A DNA stretch of 64,000 nucleotides from the human T2T-CHM13v2.0 reference genome, Homo sapiens. Shown here piece by piece: positions 25,501 to 42,296 of this stretch. The number at the start of each line of letters is the position of its first letter. The first letter of the stretch is position 1. Position numbers and translations under genes: made by a program. The stretch is taken from the NCBI RefSeq assembly GCF_009914755.1, contig NC_060937.1. One strand, written 5' to 3'. A model generated the notes under the pieces. That model saw only the letters and a list, made by a program, of their open reading frames with translations. It did not search any database and was not told the origin of the DNA.

Positions 25501-28500
25501 TCTTTTTATTTTCTGGTAGAAGTAAAAAAGAAAACATTTACTGTATTAAAAAAACCCATGAAGTAAACTCCACACAATTTTTTGAAGGTCTTTGACCATA
25601 CTACTTGCATACCTTAAAAGAGAGTAATGCTTTTTCTTAAAATGCTTCACCTAAAATATACATATATTATTTTTACCTCATATATGTGTCATATTGTATG
25701 TTACATATTATATATATTATATATAAAATATACTGTAGCCAATTATATTTTTGCAGTTTTACAATAAGTACCTCCAATGTTTTAATTCTCTTTCCCTCAA
25801 TCTCTTTATTTTTATTAATCTAGAAATGCTCATAAATTTTACTTGAATGTTTTCTCTTCCGAGCAACTTATTTTAAAATTTTTATTATATTTAAGTACAT
25901 GTAGTATCCTTTATTAACTATTCTATGTACAAACATGATTGTTCTAAGATATTCAAAATTCCATTAAACTAATTTAATTTTTAAAAAACTATTCAAAAGA
26001 GCATTTTCTTTTTGCATTTTCAAGGAATCAAAAAACATTTTTTGATGTTGAAATTACATTGCATATTTCAACTAAAGATATTTGCAAAAGAAAATATAAT
26101 TTGTACTATAACTAGGAGATAATGCATATGAGAAATATGTAAACACACACAGAGTATTGAAAAAATTAACTCACCTTTAAATGTATGGTGCATTTTTAGT
26201 ATTTTATTAACTGTAATATTACAACTACTAGATTTTACTAATAGAATTGATTTTCAGGCTTAGCCACATAATGGGTTCCATGATAATGAGCTTAAGAAAT
26301 TTATCATAAACTCATATTCATATTTCTGTTAATATTGCTCCATACACTTTATATATTATATGAATTGGATCTCTTAATGCCTCATTGCTTCCTTCAGGGT
26401 ACATTGTAATGATATGAATTCCTTGGGCCTCCAAAGCAAAGGGTCTATAGTCTGAAGTTCCTGTCCATGGGAATGAATTCTACCATTATAACTCCTATGG
26501 GAATCAAAAGGGCCACGATTGAGTGAATGCATGTTGAATAAATAATCTCCCTAATGTCAAGATTATAATGACTGTTGAAATCCCCTTGTATGCTACTTGA
26601 CACTATCTATGACATTTTCTTCATCCATATAATACTTATTATAATCATTTTTGTTCCTTGAGCTTCTCTTTGGCAGCATAAAATATGAATAAATAAGCAA
26701 TTGATAATCCAAAGTAAGGTTTGCAATATTTTTTAAAGAATACATAAATTTGCTCCTTGATTGTGTCTTCTACAAAATGTTCTCCCAGAAATTTAGAGAA
26801 TTCCTGATGTATGAGTAAAGATAAGACATGGGATCATGTTCATGTTTTCTAGGCCAGCTTTAAATCTTGGAAGCTACATGATTTTTACAGGATTTTCTGG
26901 AAGCACCCGATTCCAGGTTAAGTGTTGCAAATGAAAGAAAATGTTCAGATGTAAGGAAATACGTCTAGCAGTAACTTCACTATTATTCTTATTCTTTTTA
27001 TATATTTACTGATTACTCAGGCCCAGAAAGAGCCTTGCCCCTTGTCTTGCTGAAAGCAATAGTCTGGAGACTGTTGACTTGGCAAATATATCTCAGTTTT
27101 TTTGGAGTGATTCTGACACTTGCTACCCCAGCAGTTACTGAAAATATACAAGCACACAAAATCATACAAAACATAACAGAAATAGTAAACACATAGTTTC
27201 TCATGTGAATGGAAGTGTCTCCCAGATTAAAAGATGGATCCTGTACATTTAATAACACAATTTCCAGCTCTGAAATCCTTCTGCTGATTGGCAAAATCAT
27301 TATTCTGGTATTATCCTAGAAGGGGTTGACTTTTATAAACATTCTCTTTTACAGGCATTTATCTTTCCTTTTCTGAAATACCCATTTTAGCACTTTGTCC
27401 CTAAACAAACCAAAGACATAAAAAATCAATTTTTGTTTTAAAAATATAACACAGCCAAGCAATAAATCAATGGTATTTCCAAAGTCCTTTGCATAATTTA
27501 AGACCTAAGTCAATAATGGTGGCATAGCTTCAGTTGTTCATGTATTATTATTTGTCTTCAAATTTTTGCCACATGTAAGGTTAAAATTTCACATAAAATC
27601 TATGATCTTTCTTATGGAAAAAAAGTAATACTTCTTGAAAAGTAACAATAGTGTAAATTATACTGAAAGCCATTCTACACTAACTTGAGTAAACATTTCT
27701 GACATATGTCAAGTGAGCATGTATTATAGCTATAGTGTCTTTAGCATAACAGCAGATAGACTTAGAAAACTATATGTGACACATAATAGGTACTCATTTA
27801 ATATTTATTAAATGAATAAATAAAATGGAACATTATTCTTCTGTCAGAGAGGGTTTTATCTCTGAAAATGCCTTTGAAATCTTGAAATGTAAAGATTGTT
27901 AACTTGTGACTTTCAAAGCTTAATAGGAAGGTAGTTCTGGTGTTTCCCAAGTATGAAACAGAAGTACATTCAAGAATGTTAACTGAAATTGATAACAAAT
28001 ATCAAAGCAAAACTTGAATCGTTACTATTAACTGACAGATCTATCAATATTACATGCTTAAAATATGTGAACAATTTATTAATACATTTTCTAAAGGCTT
28101 ATATTTTCAAATGTTCAAGAATAGTTTATTATTTAATTATCTTCAATGTAATTAAAGGGTTAAAATATCTGCTCATTTACATGTGAATAGTTGATAATGC
28201 GGAAACTATTTTAATGTTCCACCAAAAAAAATCAAATTACCTGGGCATTGCCAAAACACAATTTAATTTTTTTTTGTAAACAGATATTTCAGTAACAACA
28301 AAGTTTAAAGTATATTTTCCTTAAAATCTAACATGATATTCAAGCCCATCTTCTAATTTGTTTTGGAGGGCAGGTAGTAGAAGCCACTGTAAATAAAGCT
28401 TCCATTCAACCATATGCATTAATAATGTTATTTATTCCAACTGAATTCCAACAGGAGGTAGCAAGGTACAAAAAACAAAAAACTTGCAAGAATCAGGAAA

Positions 28501-29709
28501 TCTGGGTTCAAATATCCAATTTGATGTCTGCAAGATGAATAAGCTAGAAAAGATTGTTTATTTGTCATTAGTTTTATTAAGTTGATTAATTTAAAATTAG
28601 GATGGCCAATGGCAGAGAGAGCTACGTTAATGACTTGGGTTGGATTCACCATCATCATTGACTTTCAGATTTGAATGTAAGTTAATTTAAAAATAAATAG
28701 ATGAATACATACATTAATTTTGTTCTGTAAATTTGAGTTGGTGAATATGTTATTCTAAAGCATATTGTGAATTGACTGTATTTATAGCAAAACAGAAAAT
28801 ATGATGTATCTTTGCTGATGGGATAATCACATGACTTGGTAATAAGAGGTGATACCTCTCATACTAGTAAGATGAGAAATCCCCTAATTATAAATATTTT
28901 TATCAGGTATGTTTTATATAAATATCTTATTTCATGGCTGTTTAGGAAATTAAAATTAATAGGGAGTGTCTATGAAAACATGTATTGGTGATTGTGTGTT
29001 TACATGTCTTTTTCAGGGGCTTGACTTGAAAATCACTATGCATTTGCTGTAGAAAATATAAAGCCAGGTAAAGTGAGAATTAAAGCAACTGTTAGAAAGG
29101 AGAGGGATGAGCTATAAGGAAATACATTACAAAAATTATTCTTATTGTTTTTTATTAATAAAATTTATATTTCTAGTCACCCATTATTCCCTTGCCAAGA
29201 TTATTATTCTAGCTATTTATACAACTTATTTCATTTTTAAGTCTAATAACCGCGTATACCTTTTGGCCAGTTTTCTAACAGCTACATTTTCAGGAAACTG
29301 TTAAATTATCATATGATGAACAAATGAATTGTTAAAATATACAATAAAACAATGCCATACGTAATATTCCTACAAAAATATGGGGTTCCGAATGCTACTA
29401 GTTTACATTAGGCAAGAAAAATGACTTAAAATTGTTTGAACTAACTTAGAGCACACACTGAATTTATAAATAATTATATATTTTTCTGTGAACCAGACTA
29501 GAGAGTTTTGGAAATGCAACTTAGTTTACAAAACAGAAGAATTTATTGTAAAGTGAGAATACTTTGCAGAAACCCAGCTATCTATTAAAGGTGATATTTG
29601 TACTTAACTACCAGGTAAAATTTGCCTCTAAAGGAGGGCAGACACACTTCAGGATAATTCCCCAAGGCAAGAAGAAAATACTATAATTTCTATTGTATTT
29701 GTTTCTGGC

Positions 29710-30520
29710 TTTTTTCAACTTTTAGTTTTGAAACAATTTTAGACATATGAAATAGTACAAAAAAACAAAATACAGAGTTGCCATACATCTTTGGCAAAGT
29801 TCCTCTTAATGTTAACATCTTACATGTAACCGCAGTACAGTTATCAAAACTACATGTTTGTGAGTACAGATCTCTTAGCTAACTACTTTATTTGAATTGC
29901 CTCAGCTTTTCACTTATATTCTGTTATAGAAACTTGCTATAGGTTTCTCCTTAACTTCTTCTAGTGGATGAAGACTTCCTATACGTTCCTTGTCTTTCAT
30001 GACTTTGATACTTAGGAAAAGTTGGTGTTTTGAGTATTATGTAAAAATGCCACTTAATTTGGGTTTGGTTGATTTTGTAATGATTCAATTGAGATTGAGC
30101 ATCTGGAAAAAGAATAACACAGAAGTGATATACACTCTTGGTACATCTCATCAGAGGGTATATTATTTCAATGTGGTTTACTATTTGCGATGTTAGCATT
30201 GATCATTGGACTGGAATAATGCCTACCAGGATTTTTCCACTGTAAAATTATTATTGTTCTCTTTATATTACTAAACATTTTGAAGAGTATACTGAAATCA
30301 TGTAATTATCTTGTCTCCCCTTTGCATCCATCAGCAAATCTATCCTGCAGCAAGTATTACCGATATTTTCTATTTTCCTCATTCTGACTACGTGTATTGA
30401 TTGGAATGCCTCCATAAGAAACAGTTACCCCTTTTCTCCCACTTATTTCGTCAGTCATTTATTTATACTAGTATGGACTTATGAATATTTACATAATTCT
30501 TGAAATTTCAATCCACATAT
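29710..30520 (-). mobile_element. L1MC-type 3'UTR fragment
   Basis: ttttgaaacaattttagac...aatgttaacatcttacat...ccttgtctttcatgactttgatac. Confidence 0.65.
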
Positions 30521-30686
30521 GACTTTACGATAGAAATCAGAAATGCATCAACTTTTGTAAACCCTAATGAGAATGTACATTGGGACCCTCATTAGTACAA
30601 ACTCTGAACAATCTGTTGCATAGCAAAAAGAGAATTGTTGACAGCAGATAGAGTTCACCATGTGATGAAGCTGGTAGTGGCACTAT

Positions 30687-32364
<1,678 letters not shown>

Positions 32365-33244
32365 GTAATAGTGAGTACTGATTCATATGAGTGTTTTTGC
32401 TACAATGGAAGGTAAACAAATGGAGTTAATGCTGAATGATTAGGTGGGGTCTAAAGAAAGTACTTAATGGTAAAATACTATTTTTATTAAGTGAAAGTGT
32501 AAATAGTTGAATTAATGAGTGAATAAGCACTTAAAAGTATTTTTTCTTTATTCTAATAATGGGTGTCAAAGGTTCAACAGCATCAGTAGGTCCAAGACCA
32601 AAATTCAGGTTCTAATAAATTCTCAGTTAATTTCAATACTATACTCTCAATATTTTAATCTTCCATTTACCTTTTTCTTTCTTTGGAAACCTTACTTTTA
32701 TTAAAGATTATAATAAAACAAAACACAGAGAGTGGCTGATTGGGCATGGAGTGGCCTTATGTTTTGAAATAATTACACGTGGAGCCTTCTCTGGCTTTCA
32801 GAATTTCTTCTGGTTTTGACAGTAAAGCATGTGCCGATCTAGTTAAGTATATGTGATGCACTCATGGTGTGACCGGCAAAGGTATAGCTGTACATTCTGG
32901 AGGAGAAAATTGTTGTAGGAATGATTATTTCATGCTGCTCTTCACCTATGTTGGCTCAGCAGGTATCCACACAAATGAAGTTAGGTACCAATGATCAAGA
33001 GGTTCTACATGAGAAACGTGGTATATAAATGTATCTATATACCATTTTGTTATGAATAATTAATCTGCTGATATCAGAATTGGTAAAGTCCTCATAGCAT
33101 TTCAGTTGTAGCTATTTTTATTCATGGTTTGGAAGACTGCATATAGTTATATAGCTTTATTTCATACATCCTCATTAGTAGCATCTATGCAAAGAACTAT
33201 TTTTACAACATTTTAATAAAGAAAAAAAGGAGCTGGATCAGGAG

Positions 33245-33430
33245 GAGTGAGTAAATCTGGGTTTGAATCAGAATTCTGCTCCTTATTGGACAGGATATCT
33301 TTGGCAAGCCACTTGAACTCAGTCTCAGGTTTCTCAACTAAAAATGGCTATATTATAAATATATAGGCACTTACCACTAATTTCCTAAGTAGTTAGATAA
33401 TGGAAGCAATTTGCAACCATAAATGTAAGA
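33245..33430 (+). mobile_element. MIR SINE
   Basis: ctgggtttgaatc...ctttggcaagccacttgaactcagtctcaggtttctcaactaaaaatgg. Confidence 0.7.
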
Positions 33431-33964
33431 TATGAAAATACTTTATACTTACTTAACACCTTACTCTGCTTTAGCATGTTCATGTATGTGTTGTCATTTG
33501 ATTACACAAATTTTTAGACTAAGCAGGAAGAAACTTTTGCTCCAAAGTTACTTATTTAAAAAAAGTAAGAAATAAGAGAAGTTACAAAATAGTTAAAAAG
33601 GTCCGAAGTGAATAAAATATTAATTTGTGTGTTTGTTGAATGCCTAAAACAAATCCAAATCTATGGGGGCGTTCACATGTACAAATTAATTTTAATGAAC
33701 ACTGTGAAATCACTATTATAGGTAAAATGTTAGTGATAAATATAAATTTATTAATCATTTCAAAATTCTCCTTTAAAATGAGTGAACTGAGTCATAGAGA
33801 AATATAGCAACTTGTTTTCTAATATAAAAGTGAATGCCTGTGAACTAATATTTACTGAGTTTTTGACTATTTTTTAAGTCCTACATTCAAGCGAATTCTT
33901 TATTAATCTACATAATTAACCTCAGAATATCACTATATTTTCCTATTTTTCATGCAAGAAACTA

Positions 33965-34118
33965 CAGATGGTCCCCAACTTAAGATAGTTCAATTTGGGA
34001 TTTTTTTGATATTAAAATAGGTTTACTAAGGTACTAAATGCATTTCAACTTACAATAGTTTGAATTTATGATGTGTAATTATAAGGAAGTAATCCCATCT
34101 TAAGGTGATAAGCATCTG
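33965..34118. mobile_element. MER47/Tigger5-family MITE
   Basis: TIRs CAGATGgtccccaacttaagat ... atcttaaggtgataagCATCTG flanked by TA dinucleotides. Confidence 0.78.
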
Positions 34119-34837
34119 TAGATGTAAAAGATATTAAATAATGTAGCCAAGATAATGCCTTTATAAGTGAAGTTGATTTCAAAACCTGCTTTTTGGCTCA
34201 GATTTGTTTCATAACACATCACTGCATTAGTTGTGTCATAATAAAAATACACATACTAGTAACAAATCCCAAATAACAACTTCGGTCTGAATAAGTCGAG
34301 TATTCATTTCCTCTTAATTGATTCACTTAAACTCATTTCCTGGGTAGATATTAAAATGTATGAAGGATTTTTAGGTTTTGATGGGTGTAAAACTGATGAA
34401 ACTCATAAACACGTATATTATAAATACTCTAATATAGATAAACATAGAGTGAGAAAAGAGAAGCATATACTGAGTGCTAGTCAAGAGACAAAATCTCGAT
34501 TCATTTATAAGTGAATAGTGAGGACTTCAAGGAAATATGCTATATACATTGCCTTTATATTCCCAGCAAATGGATAAACATAGAAAGAGTGATCTGAAAG
34601 TAATGTGTATTCAGAGACGCTATGGCTAACCAATAAGTCACAGATAACGGACGCAATGTCAAGAAATGAGCTTGGAAGACGCAGCACACTGTGAAGGGCA
34701 TTGAGTGTGATGCTGAAGTATTTAGGTTTAATTCTGGAATCAATGAGGAGTTATCGAAGGCATGGGAGAGACGTTCAAGCAGGAAAATGGCATCATTTCA
34801 TTATTAGAAAAAATTACAAATTGAATTAAAGCTATAA

Positions 34838-35218
<381 letters not shown>

Positions 35219-37011
35219 AGATTCTGTATTTTTATGTTCTGATTAATATTTACAAAGTGAAAACTCATTTATTTTGTAAGGTATTGATGATCTTCTTTCT
35301 TTATCCATAAATTATATCTTTAGGTATTGTGAGAAGCAAATCAATATTATCCAAAGCTTATTGTGCCAACATTTTTTAGTGAAGAGGTACAGTACGTTTT
35401 TATTTATACTGAAACACATTAAAATATGAAATAACATCTTTAAACATTTTTTACTTATATGTACATATATTTATGAGTTATCAAATTTTCTAAGAAAAGG
35501 AATTTATCATTTTGTAGAAAGGCTTGCTCATTTTTCAATTGTGTTCTAGGTTAAAAAAAAAAGAAAGAAGAGAAAGTGTGTATCTAAGGTCTATCTTAAT
35601 ATTTGGTCATTTTTATACTGTAGTTTCTTTATCTCTTCTATTTCTCAAACCAATCAGAACTACTAAAAGTTCTGTAATTCTGTATTAACTCTGTGAAGTA
35701 AATGGATTTCTTAAAAACCACATATTTAAAATAAATGGTATAGTACTGACTATTCTAAGCACAGTCAGTGTATGGTTATTTAGTTATTAAATCTACTCAT
35801 TTCAAGGCAGGGAAGGTACTAATAGATATAATTTGACTTTCAGATTGATGGGTAAAATCTTCAAATTAAAACATATAAAGCCATAAATGACTCTTTACGT
35901 CAACATATATGATTATTATATATTCATATAGGTATAAATTGTATTTTTATTAACAGTAAATAAAAATACACTTGAAAAATTATTTAAATACACTATTTCC
36001 AAATGTATTTTTTTCTTACACTGTGACAACATTATTTTTTGCTGGCAATTCAGAGACCTTTCTTCTTTTTTCAATGTCCCTCTTCTGCTAAAGTTAAATA
36101 ACAATGAGATGGGATTCAATTTTACTGATAAATTCTTCTCCACACAGATAATCGTTTTTCAGTCTTGATCGTCTTTAGGGTATTATGAATAATCCGTGCA
36201 CCTCTTCATTTAAAATTTATTCTGAGCACTATGCGAGGGTCTAGGGATGTAAAGACAAGTAAAGAAGTTCATAGTCTGTTGGTAGAGGGAGACCCTGCAA
36301 ATGATCAAGTTATTAAAATCCTGCTAGATAAGAGCTGCTATAGAGGTAACCGAGAGTGCACAACTGACATTTAGCCTAATCCTTCCACCGTAACAAATCC
36401 CCAATTTACTACCTTCACAGACCTCAAACAATTGCACATTAACCTTAGCCCAAATGTCTTGCCCTGTAACATTCTGTCTATAAATTATCCAAACAGAAAA
36501 CCAGAACATGTCCTGAGATGCATCCATATGCAAAACCTTTCTATTCACCCATGATATGTAAAGATAAATATTTAATTTAAATGTATTTTTGAATCCATCT
36601 GATTGTGGGTTGTTTCCATACCTGTCTAGAACATAGCTGTGTTATCCTAATGATAATTTTTTCTGTCCTGCTCTTTGCCCTATCACTATATGTTGAATTC
36701 TGTTCATCGCTCCCCCAGTTCCAATCCCTTCTCTTCTTCTTGATCACATCTTAATATTAACCATTTTACATAATTTTCTTACTACGGTGTTAATTTTTCT
36801 CTCTAAGATACTATGTAGTAATTGTTCCTCCAGCTATTTTCTCTCACTAGTCATATCTCAAGTATTTCTCTACTCATAAGATGCATTGCAATTAGAAACA
36901 TATGCCTTTCATATTTTCATATTTTCTTTGCTCTTCAAAATCTTTTCCAGTTGCTTAATATAATTTTCTATTTTCACAGCATTTTTATATTTATCTGATA
37001 ATACCTATATA

Positions 37012-37049
37012 AATGGTATTTCTTTAAATATCATTAAAGAAATACCATT
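37012..37049. repeat. Perfect 16-bp inverted repeat with 6-nt loop
   Basis: AATGGTATTTCTTTAA atatca TTAAAGAAATACCATT. Confidence 0.95.
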
Positions 37050-38075
37050 AAAACACATGAATGGAAAGTAAACACATTTAATCAGCTAACAAAGTGATAA
37101 CAACTGCCACAATTTGTTACATTTTGTTCACTCCTTTATTATTTTCAAACACAAATACATGCTAATGTTAACAATTGAACAAATTATTTTTTACATATAT
37201 GTAGCCTGATTTTTCTGAAAAATATGTTGTGAACTTTTCCCAATGGCCCTAAATATTTTGAAATTTTCTATACCTATTTGAATAGTATTTCATCTAATGG
37301 ATATTCTTAACCAATGTTTGTTCCTTATATTGTGGTGCTGTGATTAATATTCTAGTGTAAAATCCTCAAATTCATCTACAAAAAAATACTTTAGTATATA
37401 CATCGCCAGAGATGAAGGTGAAGTAATCAAATAACTCAAAAAAAAAAAAAACTCAAAAAGTTTAAAATTAAAGTAATGGGACAGATGCACAAGAAAGTAG
37501 ACAATTACTACAAAATATAGCATTAATATATGCAGTTTTGATTTAGTACTAATTCCCTGCTATGTGCATTAATTCTGCCTCATGCAATTTTATTTGGTGA
37601 GTATTATTTTTTCCATTGTATACATGAGGGAATCCCAGTTTTGGGAAACTATTTTACTCTAAAATTACCTGAAATTATAATTTGAATATGAACAAAGCAC
37701 AAAATGTTACAGTGTTAACTACAGAAAATGTGTTTTTTTTATTTTGACAAATAAGTATCTTCCATAAACATATATAAAACAGAAAGTTCTGTTTGCTAAA
37801 TAACACAAGTATGATGATGAAAAATAGAAGTAAAAAAGAAAATTTCACAGAACCGTGGTTACAGAATATTGAAAGGTAACTGCAGAAAAAATATGATGAA
37901 TATTTTTAAAAGAACTATATGCTTTAATAATAATAGAAGAAATGTGCCTAGCATATATCATTATATTGTTGCATCGTCAAAAATGACAAAGAATAACAAT
38001 AATAGTTTTGTTGAAATAGGAAGGCTGATCAAATGGCTGTCGTCTTAATTCTTAAGAAGCTTTTAAGGAAAGTTG

Positions 38076-38375
38076 TTTTTTTTTTTTATTTTTGAGATGG
38101 AATTTTGCTCTATCGCCCAGGCTACATAGCGCAGTGGCCCAATCTCAGATCACTGCAACCTTTGCCTCCTGGGTTCAAGCGATTCTCCTGCCTCAGCCTC
38201 CCAAGTAGCTGGGATTACAGGCTCCTGCCACTGCACCCAGCTAATTTTTGTATTTTTAGTAGAGATGGTGTTTTACCACGTTGGCCAGGCTTGTCTTGAA
38301 CTCTTGATCTTGTGATCCACCCTCCCCAGCCTCCCAAAGTGCTGGGATTACAGGCGTGACACACTGAGCCCAGCC
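38076..38375 (-). mobile_element. AluS (Sg-like)
   Basis: Antisense dimer with AGGAAAG on both flanks. Confidence 0.93.
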
Positions 38376-39114
38376 AGGAAAGACATTTTTTAAAGGAAAA
38401 GAGACAAATGCTAGAGAGATTGAGAGGAGTCCAATAGAAGACAAGAGGTTATAGCAAATTTTACAAAGAAGGAAGTAGAGTCACCGTGAGGTGAGATGTT
38501 CCTGAATACGCAAAGACAAACCCTTGAAAGTGTCTTGTTCTGAAGCCAGTAATTATGGCCGAGGGCAGATGTACACAGAGAGGGAAATAGTTAATTAAAA
38601 ATATATCTATGGCAACACAATACTAAATTTTGATCACACTTCCATCTTCTTGCCTCTTTTTATTTGTACAGGTTAAGTTTCTATAGTCTTTTATTCATCA
38701 CCAAGCTAAAAGAAAAAAGATCAGCACCTCCTGTACAGCTATTGAAAAGCGTCTGAGGAGAATTAAGGTAGCAGTGACCTTGTAAGGAACAGAAACCCCC
38801 AGCATTCTGACACTTCAAAACCCAGCTTATCATCCAGATCTGTCATTGTTCTACTTTGATTTAGATTTAATGCTTCCAAGAAAACAACTCTTCTCACAAA
38901 CAGAATCACTCCCAATCATTAGCCCATCTTCCCTCGTGAACAATGTGGTGAGGAGGGGTGAGAGGGAAGAGGAGCCTGGATATGCATCTGCAGAAACAAA
39001 GGTGGCGGCAAGATGACTCCAGCAGCTTTCTGCAAATGAATATGAATGGATAATTGAGGTTTATAAGACATGCGAAAATAGCTAAAGTGTAAAAAGAAAT
39101 GACTTAAAAACAAC

Positions 39115-39385
39115 AAAAAATCTGAGAAACTGTCACAGGCAAAAGAAAACTAAATGTAATATGCGATCCTGAAGGGGATCTGAAACTGAAAAGATCATTA
39201 TACTTTATTTTAAAATAATATATCATCAATATTGTTTTATTCACGTTGACAGATATACCATCACAGTGAAAGATGTTTATACTAGAAACAACTGGGAGTC
39301 GTGTAGATGGGAATCCTCTGTATTATTTTCATGAATATTCTATAAACTTAAAGATATTCTAAAATACAAATTGTACTTAAAATTA
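39115..39385 (+). mobile_element. L1MC-type 3' end
   Basis: ctgagaaactgtcacag...aactaaatgtaatatgcgatcctg...tgggaatcctctgtattattttc...attctaaaat. Confidence 0.65.
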
Positions 39386-39407
39386 AAACAATAATAATAA
39401 ATTATAA

Positions 39408-39527
39408 GCTGGACATGGTGGCATGCATCTTTAGGCTTATAGGCAAGAAAATCACTTGAACTTGGGAATTTGAGGCCAGCCTGGGCAACGAACTGAGATG
39501 CTGCTTCTGAAAAATATAAAAATAATA
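39408..39527 (+). mobile_element. FLAM-type Alu monomer, degraded
   Basis: gctggacatggtggcatgc...atcacttgaacttgggaatttgaggccagcctgggcaac plus A-rich tail. Confidence 0.75.
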
Positions 39528-40295
39528 AGTTAGTATTTTACAGCTTTATTCAGGTATGTTTTACAAATAAATTGTATATATTTAGGATGCACAATGTGAT
39601 GTTTTGATATATGTATTGTGAAATGATTACCATAATGAAGATATATTTATTATTGTTATTGTAATTATTATTATAGGATTAAAAACAAATGAGTTAAAAT
39701 ATTGTAAATGGTGAGTCTGGGCAAAGGATGTATAGAATTTTTTAAATTATTTTTGCAACTTTCCTGTGCTTGAAATTATTTCAAAATAAAAAGAAAAGTG
39801 AAAAATGATAAGCAAACAAGCAAAAAACTCATCACAGAAATATGCTGAGATAATTCAGAAAGTAGATGAAGCCTTAATGACAACAATAGGAAAAAAACAA
39901 TTCCTTGTGATTCCCAAGAAGATATTGCCACTATGGAGGATTGAGGAGGGTTGGTTGGGAGGACATGTACTATCAAAATGAAATAGGAAGCTAGAGAGAC
40001 TTCTTAAAGTTTAAAAATGACTACAATGTTTGAAAGAAAAACCAGATGAATATTCATAAAATGTAGAGGAAAGTCACAAAAAATGCCAACGGAATGAGAT
40101 AATAAGGCATCAGGCATCTGATGTACTACCATTACTAGGCAGTGGGACAAAGAATGAATAGAAGAATATCATCAAAAAGGCAATAGCAAAATATCTCCTG
40201 GAGGTGAAGAGAAATTTCGATTTAGTCTCAAATGGTCCATCAAGTATCACTGAATGAATGAAAGGTAAGCCACCCACACTAAGGCACATTATTAT

Positions 40296-40667
40296 TATTA
40301 TTATTTTAATTATAATTTAAGTTCTGGGTTACATGTGCAGAACGTGCAGTTTTGTTACATAGGTATACACGTGCTATGGTTGTTTGCTGCACCCATCAAC
40401 CCGTCACCTACATTAGGTATTTCTCCTAATGTTATCCCTCCCTTAGTCCCCCACCCCCCCGACAGGCCCCGGTGTGTGATGTTCCCCTCCTTGTGTCCAT
40501 GTGTTTTCATTGTTCAACTCCCACTTATGAGTGAGAACATGTGGTGTTTGGTTTTCTGATCTTGTGATAGTTTGCTGAGAATGATAGTTTCCAGCTTCAT
40601 CCATGTCCTTGCAAAGGACATGAACTCATCCTTTTTTATGGCGGCATAGTATTCCATGGTGTATATG
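40296..40667 (-). mobile_element. 5'-truncated L1PA7-type 3' end
   Basis: ctgggttacatgtgcagaacgtgcagttttgttacatagg. TSD A(A/G)GGCACATTATTAT at 40281-40295 and 40668-40682. Confidence 0.92.
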
Positions 40668-42049
40668 AGGGCACATTATTATAAAAGATAAGGAATGACT
40701 TGAAAAGTAGATCATCATAAAAGACTCTAGAATGGATAAAACTAATCACACATAGACACCCCTCACAAGTCACCAAAACCAGTCACCAGTCCAAAAGAAT
40801 GAAAACAAGACTAAACTAGAGACTTCATCAGGAGTATGGAAAAAAAGGTCAATGACAAGCAGTTTTCATTTTTTAAGAAACAATGTCAACCAAATAGTCT
40901 AAAAACAGTATAAGAAAAAAACAATTTTCGTTACATATATATTTGAAAAATAGCACAATGAATAATAAGAAATCACAAAGGAGGAATTGTATACATAAGT
41001 GACAGAATATCATGGAAATAGAAAAACTCTAGTAACATCCACAAGACAAGGTAGACTCCCTGCAAAAGAACTCGGCATCAGTTTCACACAAGATTTCTCC
41101 TCATTACCATGTGGCATTATGATTTCATTTGCTTTCTTGATTTGAAGGCTAAATCTTGCATGAAAGCATAATAAATTCATTCAACCTATACTTCAATAAT
41201 TCGAAAACCATAATAAAAGCTGTAATAAAGTATTGTTTATTCTAAATAAGAATAAATATTCAACATAAGAACATTGCTAAGAGATAGATGCTGCAAATTT
41301 TGACAAATTTCCCTAATAATATTATCATTAATTTATCTTATGGAACAAAGATATTCAAGTCAATTCTCATAATTAAATTAAATACTGGAAAATGGTATAA
41401 AATAATTATAATTTACTGCAAACATACTATAACATTTTCATCAGCTGTTTTAAGAGACATTGGTTATAAAAAATAGTGATATAATTTTACATCTTTGAAA
41501 AATTAATTATTAAATTTATCCTATATTTAAGTTCAGTTCATGAAACCCTCTTTTGACTTCCCATGGTACTCTTATCATAATTATGAAGTGTTACCTAATT
41601 TTGCCACTGTGTATTTTTATTTATCTTTTTGTTCGGCTGCTTTTTCTTCAAGATTATGGTTTTGGGGAGAAAGCGGCCACAATTCCCAAGCTTAGGCAAT
41701 TTCTGGGGCAGTATCTAGTTCCTGGAAAATCCCTGAAATATGTGTTAAATCAATGCCTAGCACTTAATTGCCGCCATCACGTGGGGTCAGTTGGACCTTT
41801 CTCATGAAATTCCCCTGGGTCTCTAGTTTAGGACTTGCCTCCTTCCTTTGTTGACTCATGCGTGGTTTGTACTGTATATTCCTTTCTCACAATTATTGGG
41901 TGAAGTTGTTATGTACTTTCTAGTGAAATATCAATAATTATTAAATAATACATAACAAATCTTAAATTATGTAATGCCAAGAAAAAACCAGAAATTCTCC
42001 AAGATGACAAAATAACATTTTGGACTTATTTCATATATGTAATATTTAT

Positions 42050-42227
42050 TTTTTATATAAATATATATATTATATATAGAGAGAGTTTAGAGACAGGGTA
42101 TAGTGTGTGTGTGTATATAGATATACACATATATATATTTTATATATGTGTGTATATATATTTTATATATGTGTATATATATATACACATATATATTTTA
42201 CATATGTGTGTATATATATATTTTATA

Positions 42228-42292
<65 letters not shown>
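42050..42292. repeat. Compound (TA)n/(TG)n tract ending in about (TA)22, at the tail of an AluJ
   Basis: Direct reading. Confidence 0.95.

Positions 42293-42296
<4 letters not shown>

Noticed and set aside
27017-27137. Possible minus-strand exon within ORF 27013-27300
   Set aside because: Good acceptor but weak donor, and the peptide resembles nothing I recognise.
29017-29067. Possible 51-nt plus-strand exon (tttttcag...CAG|gtaaag)
   Set aside because: Stops in all three frames and no partner exons. Such sites are common by chance, so it needs RNA evidence.
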